The notes: generated by a model from the sequence alone, not told the origin. A DNA stretch of 64,000 nucleotides from Diplonema japonicum (GCA_964019335.1 OZ025720.1:124001-188000), one strand, 5' to 3'. Positions 18,715 through 31,491 are shown, counted from the stretch's first letter. Translations and numbers: made by a program.

Positions 18715-20671
18715 TCATTCAAGTACGAGAAGGTCGATTTTCCCTTCCTTCCGTATGAGCACGAACCCGGCTGCGTTTTCATGACCCTTTTTTTTTTGTT
18801 TTTTTTTGCGTTCGGATGGAGAGATTCAAAGAAAACATCGACCCTTCTTGATGGCGCTTACGTAATACGGGCGGACTACCCTGGAGGTAAACCACTTCAA
18901 GAGACAATCTAGTGGACAGCAGCAATGAGACCTCAGATGGCGATGAACGTGATAATAGACAAAACAAATCATACTTCCCTGAAGACAACCGAAGCTTTCG
19001 AGGGTTTTCTTCCCGAAAAAAGCCCGCTTTTGACCGCCCTCCCACATCTACCGCTCAGCCCCTTGCACGCAAAGGGGGTCCATGCGAGACACGGCGTTAG
19101 TTGGGCGATGGTATGAGACGAGCGAACGACGCAAAGGAGAAGCACCCTTTCCACAGTTTCTTTCCTCTCCAGAAAAAAAAAGAAAAAAAGAAAATACCTG
19201 ATAATTCGAGCTGCTGAAAACAGTCACAACCCGGGAATTCTGCGAAATCTTCAAGCCCGCCGCTTTCTCCTCATGCCCCCTGATCATGATATCGTAACCG
19301 TGATTGTCCAAAAAGGTCGAAACAGCCTTCTCAGAGAAGGACGCGACAGTGCTGTCCCGGTCACTGCGGCCGAAGCTGCGTGGTGTTTCTTTCTTTTTTT
19401 TTTTTTTTTTTTTTTTTCTCGTACCCATAGACATCGAGAGGTTCTGTTTTCCCCTTCACGGGGTCCGACCACAGCAGATCGAAGTTTAGCAACCATTGCC
19501 GTTGCGCTTCTGTTTTCTCCTCTTTTGTTTGGCAGCCGTCGAGAATCGCCTCCACACGCGGCCCGAAGAGAGACGGGAACTTTATCCGTTTCGCCGGGTT
19601 TTTTAACGGCGCAAGACGATCGTCCTTTCCCGGGACAGCAGCACCCCAAAACCTCGGAACCCCGCCATGGACACAGAATACCTTACTGTCAACAGTAGCA
19701 CAGAGAGGAAGGTGCGTGAACAAATCGCAACACAACGAAAACAACTCTTTGCCGTTGCTGGACCCAAATTGCTCAGTACATTGCGCGGCTAAGGATTCAG
19801 ACCCGTACACGGGGATCTGCCCACATACCTCCGGGTCCTCATGGTTGCCTCGCAGCATGTAAACAGTGTCGGGAGCAAGCGCACGTAATGCAAGTAATTT
19901 CATCAATGTCTCCAGCCCGAATTTTCCACGATCGACATAGTCGCCGAGACACAGAATCTTCTCAGGGCAAAGCGCGACCTCGCCGAAAGGAAGAATCTTC
20001 TCCAGGAACCGGTCGAGATCTTTGTAGGAGCCGTGAAGGTCTCCAAGTACCCATACGTTGGGAGGGATATCGAGATGCGCAGCAGGATAAGCAGTATAGT
20101 TCCGAACAACGTGGTTTAAAACATCTTTAAAACACCGCAAGCGTACGGAAGGAGGGTGGGAAGCTGGGTACTCAAACGTGTCAGAACTACGTGAATAGGA
20201 CTTTTTGAACAAATCCAAAAGCTCGATCGCATACAGAGGCGACGAGACCGGTCCCACACCATGTTGTAGTTCTTGATACGACGCTGGTGTGATCACCGCG
20301 TCATATGTGAAGCAGTTGGAGGCAACCTGTGCTGACTTCTTAGAAGGCTTTGCCGGGTAATCGCTGCAGCATAGAACAGGAGTGTCCGCTTCTGCTTCAA
20401 CAACTTGTTTTCCAAAGGCCAGAACCTCTAGGATTCCTACCTGTTTCACCTTATCTGTGTCGGTGATGCGATACACAGTGGAAGGTGGTTTGAATCCGTC
20501 TGCTGCCGGGGATATTTTTCTCCTCTTTGCGTTGGTTTCATTTTCGGGGTTTTCGTAGCCTCTCTTGCCGTTTATAACACCATCTTCTGAGGTGTCCTCT
20601 GCCTCTTCTTCTCTATACGTTTCGGGGCAGTCTAGATCGAAGCCGTCAACGAAGTACTCAATCCCCGTCAT
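18715..20671 (-). CDS. PPP-family Ser/Thr protein phosphatase, 3 exons (20671-19425, 19375-19198, 18786-18715)
   Basis: GDLHG, GDYVDRG, RGNHE, HGG and DLLWSDP lie in exon 1. Removing GT-AG introns 19424-19376 and 19197-18787 restores YGFGRSDR...IRGHE...FSSSNYQGHENAAGFVLI...*, the canonical PPP C-terminus. Confidence 0.93.
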
Positions 20672-21070
20672 TCTTTTTTTTTCCCTCTTCCCCCGCCTCT
20701 TCTTCTCCTTTACCCCCCCCCCCCCTGCCCCTCCTATATTTTTGTGGAAGAATTCTTTTCTTTTTCTTTGAATAAAAATATCTTTTAATAAAATTCATTA
20801 TCTACGAGGGTGGGGAGGGGGGGCAGGTATATCAAAAAAAAAAAATAAATAAATAAAAAAAAATCTTTAACGCCGCATGTCACACAACCCGTATAACACC
20901 CTCTTGTGTGCTCTAAGATTTCTTTTTTTTTTTCCCCCGAGATTTTTCTAAAAGTTCTATAGACATCCCTTAGAAGCAAGTCTTTTAGTGATCTGGGGCG
21001 TAAAAATAGAACTCATAGTAAAAGACAATCCCACTGGAGGACAGCCTCTTGTGGTGTGAGTTCCTATCTA

Positions 21071-22253
21071 TTAATGCTCCCCTTCTGGAGCATAGCCTTC
21101 GTTCCTATTGTCGCCTTTAAAGCTTTTCGTAGTTCCGACACGCGTTCTTTCTTGTATGTCCCTTTCAACTCCTGCTGTCTGTCTTGATGCGAAGATCGGT
21201 CTCCTGTTAAAGCGTATTGCAGCCTTGCCTCCGATCGCTGTGAGCGACTTGACCCTCTTTGCCCCGTCCGCAGGGAAGGGGCGTCTTATCCGTCTCGTTC
21301 TGCACACTGCGTTGGCTCTCTCCACCAACAGCTTGATTCTGCGTGCCTTATGTTGTAGACTCCCAGTGACTTACCGGTTGTCTCCTCAAAGTCGAGTGCA
21401 AGTTCAGCTGCCGAAACCTCCGAGTCGGTGTCGCCCTCCACCCATCGCAGCTTTCCCATCCATTCCAGTAGTGGTTCCCCGAATTGCTCCAGCAGTCCCA
21501 CCACTGTCCCCAGCTGTGCTGTCGTCGGTACCGGGGTCACTTTGCCTGTCACTTCCCGCTCCCATGGTAGCTTCTTGTTGCCGCCTTGTGCCTGCATCAG
21601 CCCTTCGTCCCGCTTTTCCACCACCATTGCCAGGTATCGCTACTTCCACGCCCTTTCCTCCTTCTTCGTCGTCCTTGCTTTCCGTTGTGGTTTGCCGACC
21701 ACCGTCCACGCCTTCTTCTCCATCCGCTACGGGGACCCCTACTTTTGGGGGGGTGAAGTCCGTGGCTGTCACCCCTTTCAGTGCCGACGGTGTCCTCGGC
21801 TCGATGACGCCGTAGAAGGACTTCCCGTCGAAGGCGATGTGGACCGGCTTCTGTCCCTTCTTCGGTTTCCCAGGCACCGGTCTGTGCCTTCCTCAAGGAG
21901 CTTCGTGTACTCCTTGTCGTTGCCCCGCAGCTCCTGCACCATGAGGCGCCACACCTCATGTCCCTTCTTTCCCGCCTTCGACCCCGCCACCGCGTACAGC
22001 CCTCCGGCTCCTCCCTCCAGCCCCAGGCCGTACCCGCGTAACCCCGCCCGCAGTCTCTCCATGCTGGTCGTGCTGTGCTCTGCTTCCTTTTTTTTTTTTT
22101 TTTCACTTCTTGTCAACTTCAATGTCTTCTTTTACCCTCTTTTAGCTCTCTTTTCTGCGATCTGCTTTCTCAACTTCTTTCAATTTTCTTTCTTTACAAA
22201 CCGTATTACCTATTGACTTTATTGGCACGGTCGGACACCAATAAAGTACAGAA
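21071..22253 (-). mobile_element. Internally deleted, frameshifted non-LTR retroelement-like remnant
   Basis: GC-rich broken frames. OTU-like N-terminus (GGAGGLYAVA..HEVWRLMVQELRGN..EY...VHIAFDGKSFYGV) and a C-terminal LLEWMGKLRW..VSAAELALDFEETTG..RRPIFA block, which I recall from protist LINE-like ORF ends (unverified). No RT motifs are visible. Confidence 0.5.
22239..22253 (-). other. Spliced-leader relic (3' 15 nt)
   Basis: Minus strand TTCTGTACTTTATTG equals the 3' end of the Leishmania/Diplonema-type 39-nt SL exon. It lies ~176 nt upstream of the ATG at 22062. Confidence 0.6.
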
Positions 22254-22838
22254 TATAGAAAAGCATCATCCACCACTTCTCTCTTTCATTCTCTCTCCCC
22301 CCCTCCCTTTTTTTTGAGATAACAATTTCTGTTTTGTCACTACCTGAGAAAGGAAAAAAAAAAAAAAAACCTATTCGGTAACTTGCGCAGTTTTGGCATA
22401 ACCTCTTTATAAAAGGATTTTAAAAAAAACAGAAAAAAAAAAAAAAAGAGACATTTAAAATAAATTGCACACAAATAACGCAAATAGGGTTTTTTTCCTT
22501 TTTTTTTTAATTCCTTCTTCTTTTTTTTTTCTTCTTTTGTCCAAAAGAAAAAGAGGGGAAGAAGAAAAAAAGATTTTTAAAAAAAAGGGGGGAGGGAAGG
22601 GAGACAAAAGAAAAGGAGAGGGACAAACAAATAGGAAGAAAAAAAATGTACTTATTGCAATAAAAAAAAGGGGGGGCGAGAGAACAAAAAAAAAAAACAT
22701 AAGTAAAACATCCTCTTCTTTTTTTTTTCTTAGAGGTGGGGGAAAAGTGAAGAATGGGATCCACACACAAAGCAAAAAAAAAAAAAAAAAAAATCCCTTC
22801 CCAGGTTAATTCATCCCCCTCCCCCCTTTTTTTTTTCT

Positions 22839-23600
22839 TCACGCAAGGGTTTGGTGTTTGGCATTCCACGGCCAACAAGACAGCGATGACGCAAAAGATT
22901 TAGATTGTTGCTGTGAGGGTTGTTGTTTTGAAGAAGGGGGGGACGCGGGGAGAGGGGAAGACTGATCGCCTCCCATCCGCTGTTGCTTCTTGAACTCGCA
23001 GAAATTGAGGAAAAGGCCTAAAACGATGGAGGAGGGCAGCTCGTGAGTGGTGTGCAACCAATCCAAGTCATTGTAATCCGAGGACAAAGGTATCCCAGAC
23101 TGCCTTGCAAACGCCAACGCCAGCCTCTGCGCAGTGACACAAGACCGGTCGTCAGCTCCGGACCGTGGGAGGTAGCCCTCCTGGTTTGTTGATCCTGTAA
23201 TCGACTTAACCCAATCTTGTATTTTCTTACACGTTTCACCAGTCAAACCATGTTCACTCTCTATGGCCTTTGCATGCTGTTCGTCTTCCAACATTTGAAT
23301 CTGCCGTTCTAGTCTATGCTTGGAAATCTCGAGCTCTGCTTCTGCTTTTGCGACATGGTCGCCTTCTTTCACCTTTACTTCAGCCTCCTCCACTTTTCTT
23401 TTGAGGGTTGTGTTTTCCTGTCGCTTTTTTGTCAGCATGTTCTTGCACGCTGCCACCTCCATCTCCAGATTCTGTATTCTACCGTTCGCCTCACGAAGCT
23501 CGTTCAGCAACATGTCTCCGACCTCCGCTTCATCGTGGCCCTCGTTCACAATATCCACAAATGTAATCCCCGACCGCAGCCATGCCTCTTTAAGCAGCAT
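22839..23600 (-). CDS. Hypothetical coiled-coil protein
   Basis: 253-aa ORF with coding-like composition and an E/K-rich heptad region. Confidence 0.75.
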   Translation of the reverse strand: MLLKEAWLRSGITFVDIVNEGHDEAEVGDMLLNELREANGRIQNLEMEVAACKNMLTKKRQENTTLKRKVEEAEVKVKEGDHVAKAEAELEISKHRLERQIQMLEDEQHAKAIESEHGLTGETCKKIQDWVKSITGSTNQEGYLPRSGADDRSCVTAQRLALAFARQSGIPLSSDYNDLDWLHTTHELPSSIVLGLFLNFCEFKKQQRMGGDQSSPLPASPPSSKQQPSQQQSKSFASSLSCWPWNAKHQTLA

Positions 23601-24046
23601 TATTATGTGTGTGCTCTCTTATTTGCGGGGTGGGTGGGTTTATTCTTTTTTTACGGGAAAAAAAAAAAAAAAAAAAAGACAATTTCTTTTTTATTCACGC
23701 ACAAAATGCTGTAATGTGAATGGGGGGGGAAACAAAGGGGTGGGCAAGCAGCAATATAAGAAGAAGGGAAAAAAAAAAGAAAAAAAAAAAAAAAAAAACC
23801 ATCTCGGGTTTGATCACGCAGAAAGGATAAAAAAAAAAAAGCCGGTATGGCCTCAATAATAATATTTAAAAAAAAACTTTGAATAGTAATGCCATTTTTT
23901 TTTTTTTTCTTTTTCCACTTTCTATTTTTCTGTGAGTTCTTTGTACCAGTTCAGGTGTCCCACCAAGATCTCGGTGGATGTGTCCAAGGAAAGGAAAAAA
24001 AGTAGAGAAAAAGGAAACGTTGCTAAACATAGAGCCGGGTATATAT

Positions 24047-25596
24047 GGGTAAACCCCCCCCTCCAAAATGAGGCCAATTGACACTTTCGTTGCATCTTTG
24101 GGCATGCCATCCCCTTTAAAAAAATTTCTCCATATTTCCCGGCCCATATTAGGAAAGAACCCGGGTCAGAAATCGCTCAAGAGTGCTATTTTGACCTATG
24201 AAAAATTCAGTTTTAGGGTCAAAATCGGGTTTTAGTGGTTTTGGTAAAGTCAGAGAGTATGCTTTCAATAGCAAGAAATAGCGGAACTCACTACTAGAAG
24301 GTGGCTGAAATGATGTTGGAAGTGGAAACCTTCGTTTCCTTCTGCGGCTGAGATGTGCTGCTGCTGAGTGGGCGACCTCGTTTCTTTTTCATACTATTAG
24401 GCCTTCTACCGCATTTTGGGGGGGTTTTAAGAGGCTCATTCGTAGGTGTACTTGGTGCTTTGGCTTGTCATGGGGTGTCAAGTATTTTCGTAATTTGGTT
24501 ACTATTCTTTCTCGTTTTTCAAGTCCGGGAAGGCTATCAGGAACGTCCTCATACTCATCACAAGATTCATAGACTGGGGGCCTTTTCTCTACCCTGTCTG
24601 CATCGAGTTCTTTGATGATGTACTTTGTTCCTTCTAGCTCGTGGACGCGCACGTAGCAATACACCCTCCGGTGTGCTCCTGAGCTCATATGCACCTGTAA
24701 AATCCGGAAACTCAAGAATTTTCTTTTTGTACGGTCCAAAGACATCAGGAACTACATGCACGGCGCACTGTATCGTATTGGTGACGTTAGCTATTTGTTC
24801 CACAGTTTTAATTGTTGTGGAACGAGGCCACCCAAAGCCAAACACGAGAGAGCACACCAAAGTGGCTGTCCCTGCTGTTTTTGCCGTGTTTCTCCCCCAA
24901 AAACCACAGGGAAAACGTCCGATCAGGATAGACATAACGAAGACCAAAAAGAACAAAGTAGCAAAACTCCTTTGCACGCCCACCGTCAGTCCAGAGTATC
25001 CACTCTATTTCTTTCTTTATTTTTTTCTGTGACCATGCTACTGTGGAACAAGTCTTTTCCAACAGTAAGCCAGCTGCCCTTATTTCATCATGTGTGATGT
25101 GGTCAAGCCTCATGCCTCTGACCAATTGGCGCCGTGTGGTGTCTTGTTGGCTACCAGAAAATGATAGCAGAAGTGCCGCTAAAAGTTCCCCTTTACGCAC
25201 TACGTCACAAACTAGTGCAGCACAGTCGTTGCCACTGAGCTCCTGAAGAACCTCTGTGGCGAGTGTCCTGATCGCCGAGGTGTTCCCATTTACCCTTTCT
25301 CGGTCCGAATACCATTTTTTTTTACCCCTAGCTTCTCAACAGCAAGTTTAAAAGCATCCATTTTTGTCACCCCCTCTTTTACTGAATTTGTGCAAAGTGA
25401 AAAAACCCATTTTTACCCCTAGGACTGAATTTTTTGGGTACTAGTAACACTCACTTTCCAATTTTCTGGGGTGTTTTTTTTCCTAACCTGGGCCGGGAAA
25501 GTTGTAGAATTTTTTTTCTTTGGAAAAAAGTACTTAGAGAAATATTGAAAGTGTCAATTGGCCTCATTTTTTTGGGGGGGGGTTTGAAACGATGCC
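24047..25596 (-). mobile_element. Degenerate TIR DNA transposon with Sola2-like transposase remnant
   Basis: Perfect 24-bp IR aaaatgaggccaattgacactttc (24065-24088 / 25547-25570) within ~200-bp imperfect TIRs, with TA-rich flanks. Fragments WILWTDGG and FLGEKHGKNSRDSHFG resemble W.DG and HGK..D..G DDE motifs. The superfamily call is inference. Confidence 0.8.
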
Positions 25597-25833
25597 ATAT
25601 ATATATATGCATTGTTTTTTGCACACTCTTACAAGAAAACTGAACAGTACTGTTTGTTTGAAAAATACCAAAAAAAAAAAAAAAAAAGAAACAAATTTAC
25701 TTTAACTTTCCAAGAAGTTTTTTTTTCTTTTTTTTGTAGCTCGTTCCCCCCTTCACCCCCGTATTTTTTTTTCCCCCCCCCTTTTTTTTTTTTTTTGCCC
25801 CGACGCGAAAAGGCATAAGACACTCGGGTTCCC

Positions 25834-25871
<38 letters not shown>

Positions 25872-25874
<3 letters not shown>

Positions 25875-28796
25875 ATCCTCAATCTCAATAGGCGGCCGCT
25901 TCGTCCTGACTGTCTGTATGAGCCGCGCAACATGCGTGTTCACAGGAACGTTATCAGGCCTCATGAGTATCTCGTCTGCTAGATCCCACTCCTCCGCGAT
26001 CGCCGCATTAAACGCTTCGAAATGGCTGGGACCTGCGACAGCCTCGGGGAGGTAATCACCCACGGTAGGGTCGTGCAAGTATCGAGACGGACTAACAAAC
26101 TCATAAACAGGCGTGAGAGGGGTGTCCTTCCTTGAAGAAAGTCGCTTATAATTAATAATCTCAACAGGACGGCAGATAACAAGTTTCCGTTCCTCGATAG
26201 TGAGCCTCTCAAAGACCCACCCGTCCATGAGCGAGCTCGTAGAAACCTTCTTGTTAAAACTCTCAAGATGGGTAGCTTTGTTTACAGGGATTCCGAGCAT
26301 ATTGACGACGGACATACCCCTTCCTTCAGAAGGGCTGAGAGAGAAGTTTCCCCAGATGATCCTCCCTCCGGAAATACCGATTCTTACAGATATTGGTTGC
26401 GATCGTCGTGATCTCGATCCGAGCTGGTCTTGAATGCTTAAAGCGGCGATACAAGCCTTGGAGGTCTTATCGCATTTCCACAAGGCGAGCATTCTGTCAC
26501 CGGAGATGTTTATGGTGGTTCCGAAGTTCTCAGAAACTGCTTGGACAGCGGTGGTGAAGACCTCGCTGAATAATTCGACAGCTGCGTTGGGCTTCATGCT
26601 GCGAAGATGCACGTGGAACCGCGACACGTTCATTGCCAACACTGCCGCATCAACCGATTGCAAAACATGCCGTGGGGAAAGATGCTGGACTTTTGTGTCT
26701 GCGGAAAATCTGACAGCTTTCTTCACCCCTCCTGCGGTTGTTTCCGGCTGTGTTGCTGCAGTGCCGGTATCATTCGCGGTGCTTTGCAACAGGTTTAAAG
26801 CGGCGGATTTCCGAGGGGACTTCGGTGTCGACGGGATAGGCGACGGAGGCGAGTCCTTCTTCTTTATTATATTCTTAATCTGCCAGATGATGCTTGATGA
26901 ACTGTTGTTGGCGAGGCCCTCCTCGTCGGGAGCAGTTTCTGCGTCACCGCGTTCAACGTCTGTTTTTTCCCATTCGTGTGGGGACTCCTTCCGAGCCTCG
27001 CCTTCACTTTGCTCTGCGATGGTCCCCTCGGATATCAGCTCGTCCTCACGCTGTTTGGAAGCCAGGTCCAACGCGCCAGGATGAACAAGATGCCTTGCCT
27101 CCAGAACAGCATTCGCCAGCCTGTTTAAAGCCCATTTTAAATAAAGCAATTCTTTGTAATTACTGGAGGGAAGCCGCATTTGTTCAAGGGGCCTATCCCC
27201 GCATGCAAATTCGTGAGCGGTGATTGCAAACTTGTTTATAGGCGTCAACGCGGCCGCCACGACGAGAATTGTCGCGGAACTGCCTGCCAAGACGATGATC
27301 CACAAGACAAGGAGGCGGAAAATATCGGGGGTGAGGGTGGGGAGGCCTACTGCTTCCATGACGCTGAGGGGGGTTCTGGTTGACGCGACGCATGTGACGA
27401 GGTCGTCGTTGGTCTGGCAGCCTGTGAGAAGGTTGTCAAAGTCTGCCACCACAGAGCCGTCCACTAGCTCCTCCACAATGCACGCGATCCCGTACAGGAT
27501 CGCACCGGACTTACAGGTTGTCGTGATTGCGGTCCCGTTCTCAAGCGGGGTCCTGTCGTTCTTCTGGGTGTCGTTTATCCCTATGTTCTGCGCCCTTCCG
27601 GTCAAATCCGAACAATTATCTGCGTTAGGCTTGTCTTCGTACCTTGCGTAAAAGAGCTTCTCGTAAGGCTCGTACTGACTCCGTACTTCATTCCAAGACT
27701 GACCTGTGACGTCCGTTACCGTCCCACCTTTCTCCAAAAATTTTGATGAGATCTCCGTTTTGCTGTTCATATCGTACGACCACAGCATTAAACTCTCGGG
27801 GAAGGCCATTGTGGTGTTTAGCGGCGCGGTCCGTACCTTTGAAAATTGCATCAGCGTTCGCTGGTGGTTGTCCAGGCTGTCCTGCAAGCCCTTCGCCTTC
27901 AGCATCGAGACGGTGTTTGCATGGTTATCCAGGATATCGGTCTGCTCCCTTCGGTTCGTCCTGTAGCTTCCGATCAGTAGAAACGTCACCGCCATCCCTG
28001 TCGCGAGGAAGATCAAGGACGACAGTAAGCCAGCGTGCCGTCTCAACGACCACATACAGAAGCACCCGTCGATCTCTTCACCATCATCGTCCATTAATAC
28101 ATTCTTAGCGTGCTGAAGGCTTCTGTCACCCAGGTGCTGTTCTACATACATGGGCGGTCTGATCTGGCTTCTTTTTCTGAAGAAGTACCACGTCATCGCA
28201 AGCGATCCGAATGGCCCTACCAAAATACAGTAAGCATGGCCAACAAGCTTAGCCCTGTCAGACCAGTGGTGCATCGGGATCTCCCCGGTTATCACTGTGG
28301 GGTTTATCTCCAAAGCAGAGCCCATGACAGATGCAAACAATGCACATGCAGCCAAAACAGTTGTGTTGGTACTGTCCTTTCCCAAGGATAGGTCTGTGAA
28401 GGGTGCCAGGATGGCTAGAAGGTGCACTGGGACCTCTCCGTGTAGAAGAAAGGTCAATGCGCCTGGTACTAAAAGGGAAGTGCATGAGACTGCTAGTGTG
28501 AAGAAGTTTAGTCGCGAGGTGACAGTGTAGTGCAGCAAGCCGATCCCTACTATGGTGAAGCCACTGACCCCTGCCATTGAGAGCAGTAGGGCGTCCTTGT
28601 TCCCTATGTCGTCTTTGACAGCGGGAAGCACCACTATGACCGCCACTACTAGGTAGTGCAGCATCAAATACAAACTGACCACGCCGGCAGCTACTTTCAT
28701 GCTTACCTTTTCATCGCTGTCCTCCACCCGCAGCCCCATCCCTACAAGATACCCATACCGCTTGGGGAGAAGCGGGCGTCTTTCCTTTTCTTCCAT
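25872..28796 (-). CDS. Multi-pass membrane protein with HAMP-like linker and degenerate class III nucleotide cyclase domain
   Basis: ~7 N-terminal TMs, an extracellular region, a TM and LTPINKFA...LNRLAN. Cyclase fold VLAMNVSRF, ISGDRML, VRIGISGG, MLGIPVNKATHLES. Likely start MEEKER. Confidence 0.85.
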
Positions 28797-28980
28797 TTTT
28801 ATTCTCTTCTTTTTTCTTCTTTTTTTTTTCTTCTTCTTTTTTTTTTTTTCTTTGTTGTTTACGCCTTTCAAAAAACACTTTTAAAAAAAAAAAAAGAATA
28901 CGCAAAAAAAGAGAAAAAAAAATTGAGAGGAGAAAGGGGGTTGAAAAACCACCCCAGAAAAAAAATCTTTTTTATACATA

Positions 28981-29547
28981 TTAAACTTCTTTCAAGCAGT
29001 CAGGAGAGGTGTCTCCGGTGGCGATGCGCTGGAGGATGTCGTAAGTCCGGCCTTCCACGTATTCATGAAAGCTGACCCTCCCGTCACCGTGGTCATAGCA
29101 CATCACCGACTTCACCTCGGAGAGGAGTTCACGGGAGAAAGACGGGTCAGAAGTGTTGCAGGTTGTGGATTTTTCAAGCTTTTTTATTTTGTATCTTACG
29201 CACTCCATCAGGTCCACGAACCCGTCCTTGTTGGCGTCCATCGAGTTGAATTCCCTGACGAAGGTTGCTTCGACAAACTGGGTGAACTGTTGTAGCATGA
29301 TTTCCTCTGCACCGACGGTTCCGCCTCCTTCCTCGTTGTTTCCGTATAGCATAAAGCCTAGAAGGCGTCGTGCTGCTTCGACAGTTACCCCGCCCCCCCA
29401 CGCGCTTTGGGAGAAATACTTGTGGACTTCTTCCGCCTTCAGGAACAGGTTTTTGTCCCCCTGCCCCTCTGTGTTTCTCAGCCAGGATCTGAATACTATC
29501 TCTGTCGTCTTTCGATGATCGACAACATTTCCCAGTAATTGGCCCAT
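28981..29547 (-). CDS. EF-hand Ca2+-binding protein, possibly N-myristoylated
   Basis: Starts MGQLLG after an A-tract. EF loops DANKDGFVDLME and DHGDGRVSFHE. Confidence 0.85.
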   Translation of the reverse strand: MGQLLGNVVDHRKTTEIVFRSWLRNTEGQGDKNLFLKAEEVHKYFSQSAWGGGVTVEAARRLLGFMLYGNNEEGGGTVGAEEIMLQQFTQFVEATFVREFNSMDANKDGFVDLMECVRYKIKKLEKSTTCNTSDPSFSRELLSEVKSVMCYDHGDGRVSFHEYVEGRTYDILQRIATGDTSPDCLKEV

Positions 29548-30786
29548 TTTTTTTTCTTTTCTCTTTCCCCCCCCCCCCCCCCGGCGCGGACTATATATGG
29601 AGGGGGTTTTACGCCGCATAGGAGTGTCATTTGTTGACATTTTTTTCCGGACGAGCTCATATAAAAAAAAAAAAAAAGATGTCTTTAAAAAAGTGGGAAC
29701 AAAAGCTTTTTTTTTTTTTTTTTTCCCGGAGGTTGTTTCCTCTCCCCCTGGGGAAGAGGTGTGAGTTCCCGGAAAAAAAAAAAAAAAAGTAAAAAGAAAA
29801 GAAACTCTGGATGTGTATTTTTTTAAAACCACCCGTAATCTCAACGGAAAGGAAAAGGAAGGAGGAAAGACTAACTTGGTAGTTGTAGAAAATGAAAAAA
29901 GAAAATCAAGAAGAGTCGAACTCCAATGGTAGGTTGCACCCTTATTGTCGATGTCAAAATATTAAGGCCTTTCTTTTCTTCTTTCTTTCCTCTTCTGCAA
30001 ATAAATTATCCAGAGACGAAAATAAGCCTTGAAATAGATATTCACTTCTTCTTCTTTTTTTTTTTTTTTTTTCCTTCTCTTTTTTTTTTTCGCTTCCTCC
30101 TTTCATGGTTAACCGATCACGGGTTCTGAAACCCGACCCGGGCAATTTCAGATTCTTTTTAAGATCATAGCATGTTTTAGATATGTTCAAATCTTCAATT
30201 TAAAGCCATTGGTGACCTGGCAACTCCTTTCCCTCGAAAAAAAAGGGGGGGGGGATATACTGCTTTATGAGATATGAGGCGGAACAAACATGAGAATTAA
30301 AAGAATAGAACAAAAGTTGCATGAGAGGGCGGAAGCAGCCCCCTTTTTTTCTTTAGGAACAAAAAGGGTCACAAAGGCCTAAGAGCATTACAAAATAACT
30401 ATTTCGTTGAGGGGGGGGGATTGAAAAAAAGAGGGAGGGGGGGGGGGGGAACGCACAACTTACTGCTCAATGAGTAATAGAGTATATATAATAATAATAA
30501 AACCACCTTATTCACGCCCATGAAATTCTTTTCCCACTCTCTTGAAGTAAAAACAAAAAACAAAGACAAAAAAAAATCACTCGAGGCCTTAGGCTTCTAG
30601 TGATTTCTTTTTTATTTCTTTTTTTTTTTTTTTTTTACTGCACCGAAAACTTCATTCGTTGTGAATAAGTAGCGATTTTTTTTTTCCCTCCCTCTATCGC
30701 TCACTCTACCTGTGAGATTAAAAAAAAAAAAAAAAAAGAGAGTTGTTTCTCCACAATAAAAAAAAAAAAAAAAAAAAAGGAAATGT

Positions 30787-31491
30787 TCAACTTTGTTTAT
30801 AAGTCTCAACCAGAAGAACCAGCGAATCGTTCTGGGGAGGGGGATTTTTAATATACGTGTCACACGCTTTAAACGCAGAATCTAGCAGGTTGGGCACAAC
30901 GGTTGAAGTGAACCAGTTAAAGACAGAAGTGGGGATGTTCGCCTTCGGGTCGTCAAAATACACGGAGACATACTTGCACCAACCCTCACCCTTATCCGAC
31001 TTGGAAATTGTTGTGTTGTTGACAAAGGTCTCAACACGAACAGACTTGCCAGGGGGTTTTGTTGCGTGAGGGGCTGCCTTAGACACCGTGGCAAAAACAC
31101 CTTTTTCCACCCTATGCTCACGGTAGAACACATAATCGCGATTTGTGAAGGGCATAGGGCACGACACCTTCCAATACACCGCACAGTCCCTTTCCCCGTC
31201 GTACTCCTCGATGGTCTCGATCTCCTTGCAGTACCCGTCCCATTTTTTACGGAACTGGAGGTCGTTGTTCACGATGAAGAAGACCTCGGCGTCTACGTGG
31301 AGGTTCCCGATTGTCAGGTATTCCATGAGGCCCCCGTTCCCTTCTCTTGGTCGTCTGTAGACTGTGATCACGCTGCCGTTCTTCAGCGTGTAAGCCTTCA
31401 ACAGTGTCCACCCGTCATCCGTGGGGGAAATTTTTTCCAGCGTGAGCAGCCGGTCAAAATCGGCATCCGTGATCACAGGACCTTCGGACAT
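30787..31491 (-). CDS. START-domain lipid transfer protein (PCTP/STARD2-like)
   Basis: FRKKWD, YWKVSCPMPFTNRDYV, VRV, DDPKANIP. Confidence 0.92.
   Translation of the reverse strand: MSEGPVITDADFDRLLTLEKISPTDDGWTLLKAYTLKNGSVITVYRRPREGNGGLMEYLTIGNLHVDAEVFFIVNNDLQFRKKWDGYCKEIETIEEYDGERDCAVYWKVSCPMPFTNRDYVFYREHRVEKGVFATVSKAAPHATKPPGKSVRVETFVNNTTISKSDKGEGWCKYVSVYFDDPKANIPTSVFNWFTSTVVPNLLDSAFKACDTYIKNPPPQNDSLVLLVETYKQS

Noticed and set aside
16021-25542. Shared 17-mer aaaagtacttagagaaa in the piggyBac and Sola-like elements
   Set aside because: Short and A-rich with no flanking homology.
30832-30856. Possible 25-nt intron near the end of the soluble START gene
   Set aside because: The unspliced C-terminus already aligns in length with the paralogue.
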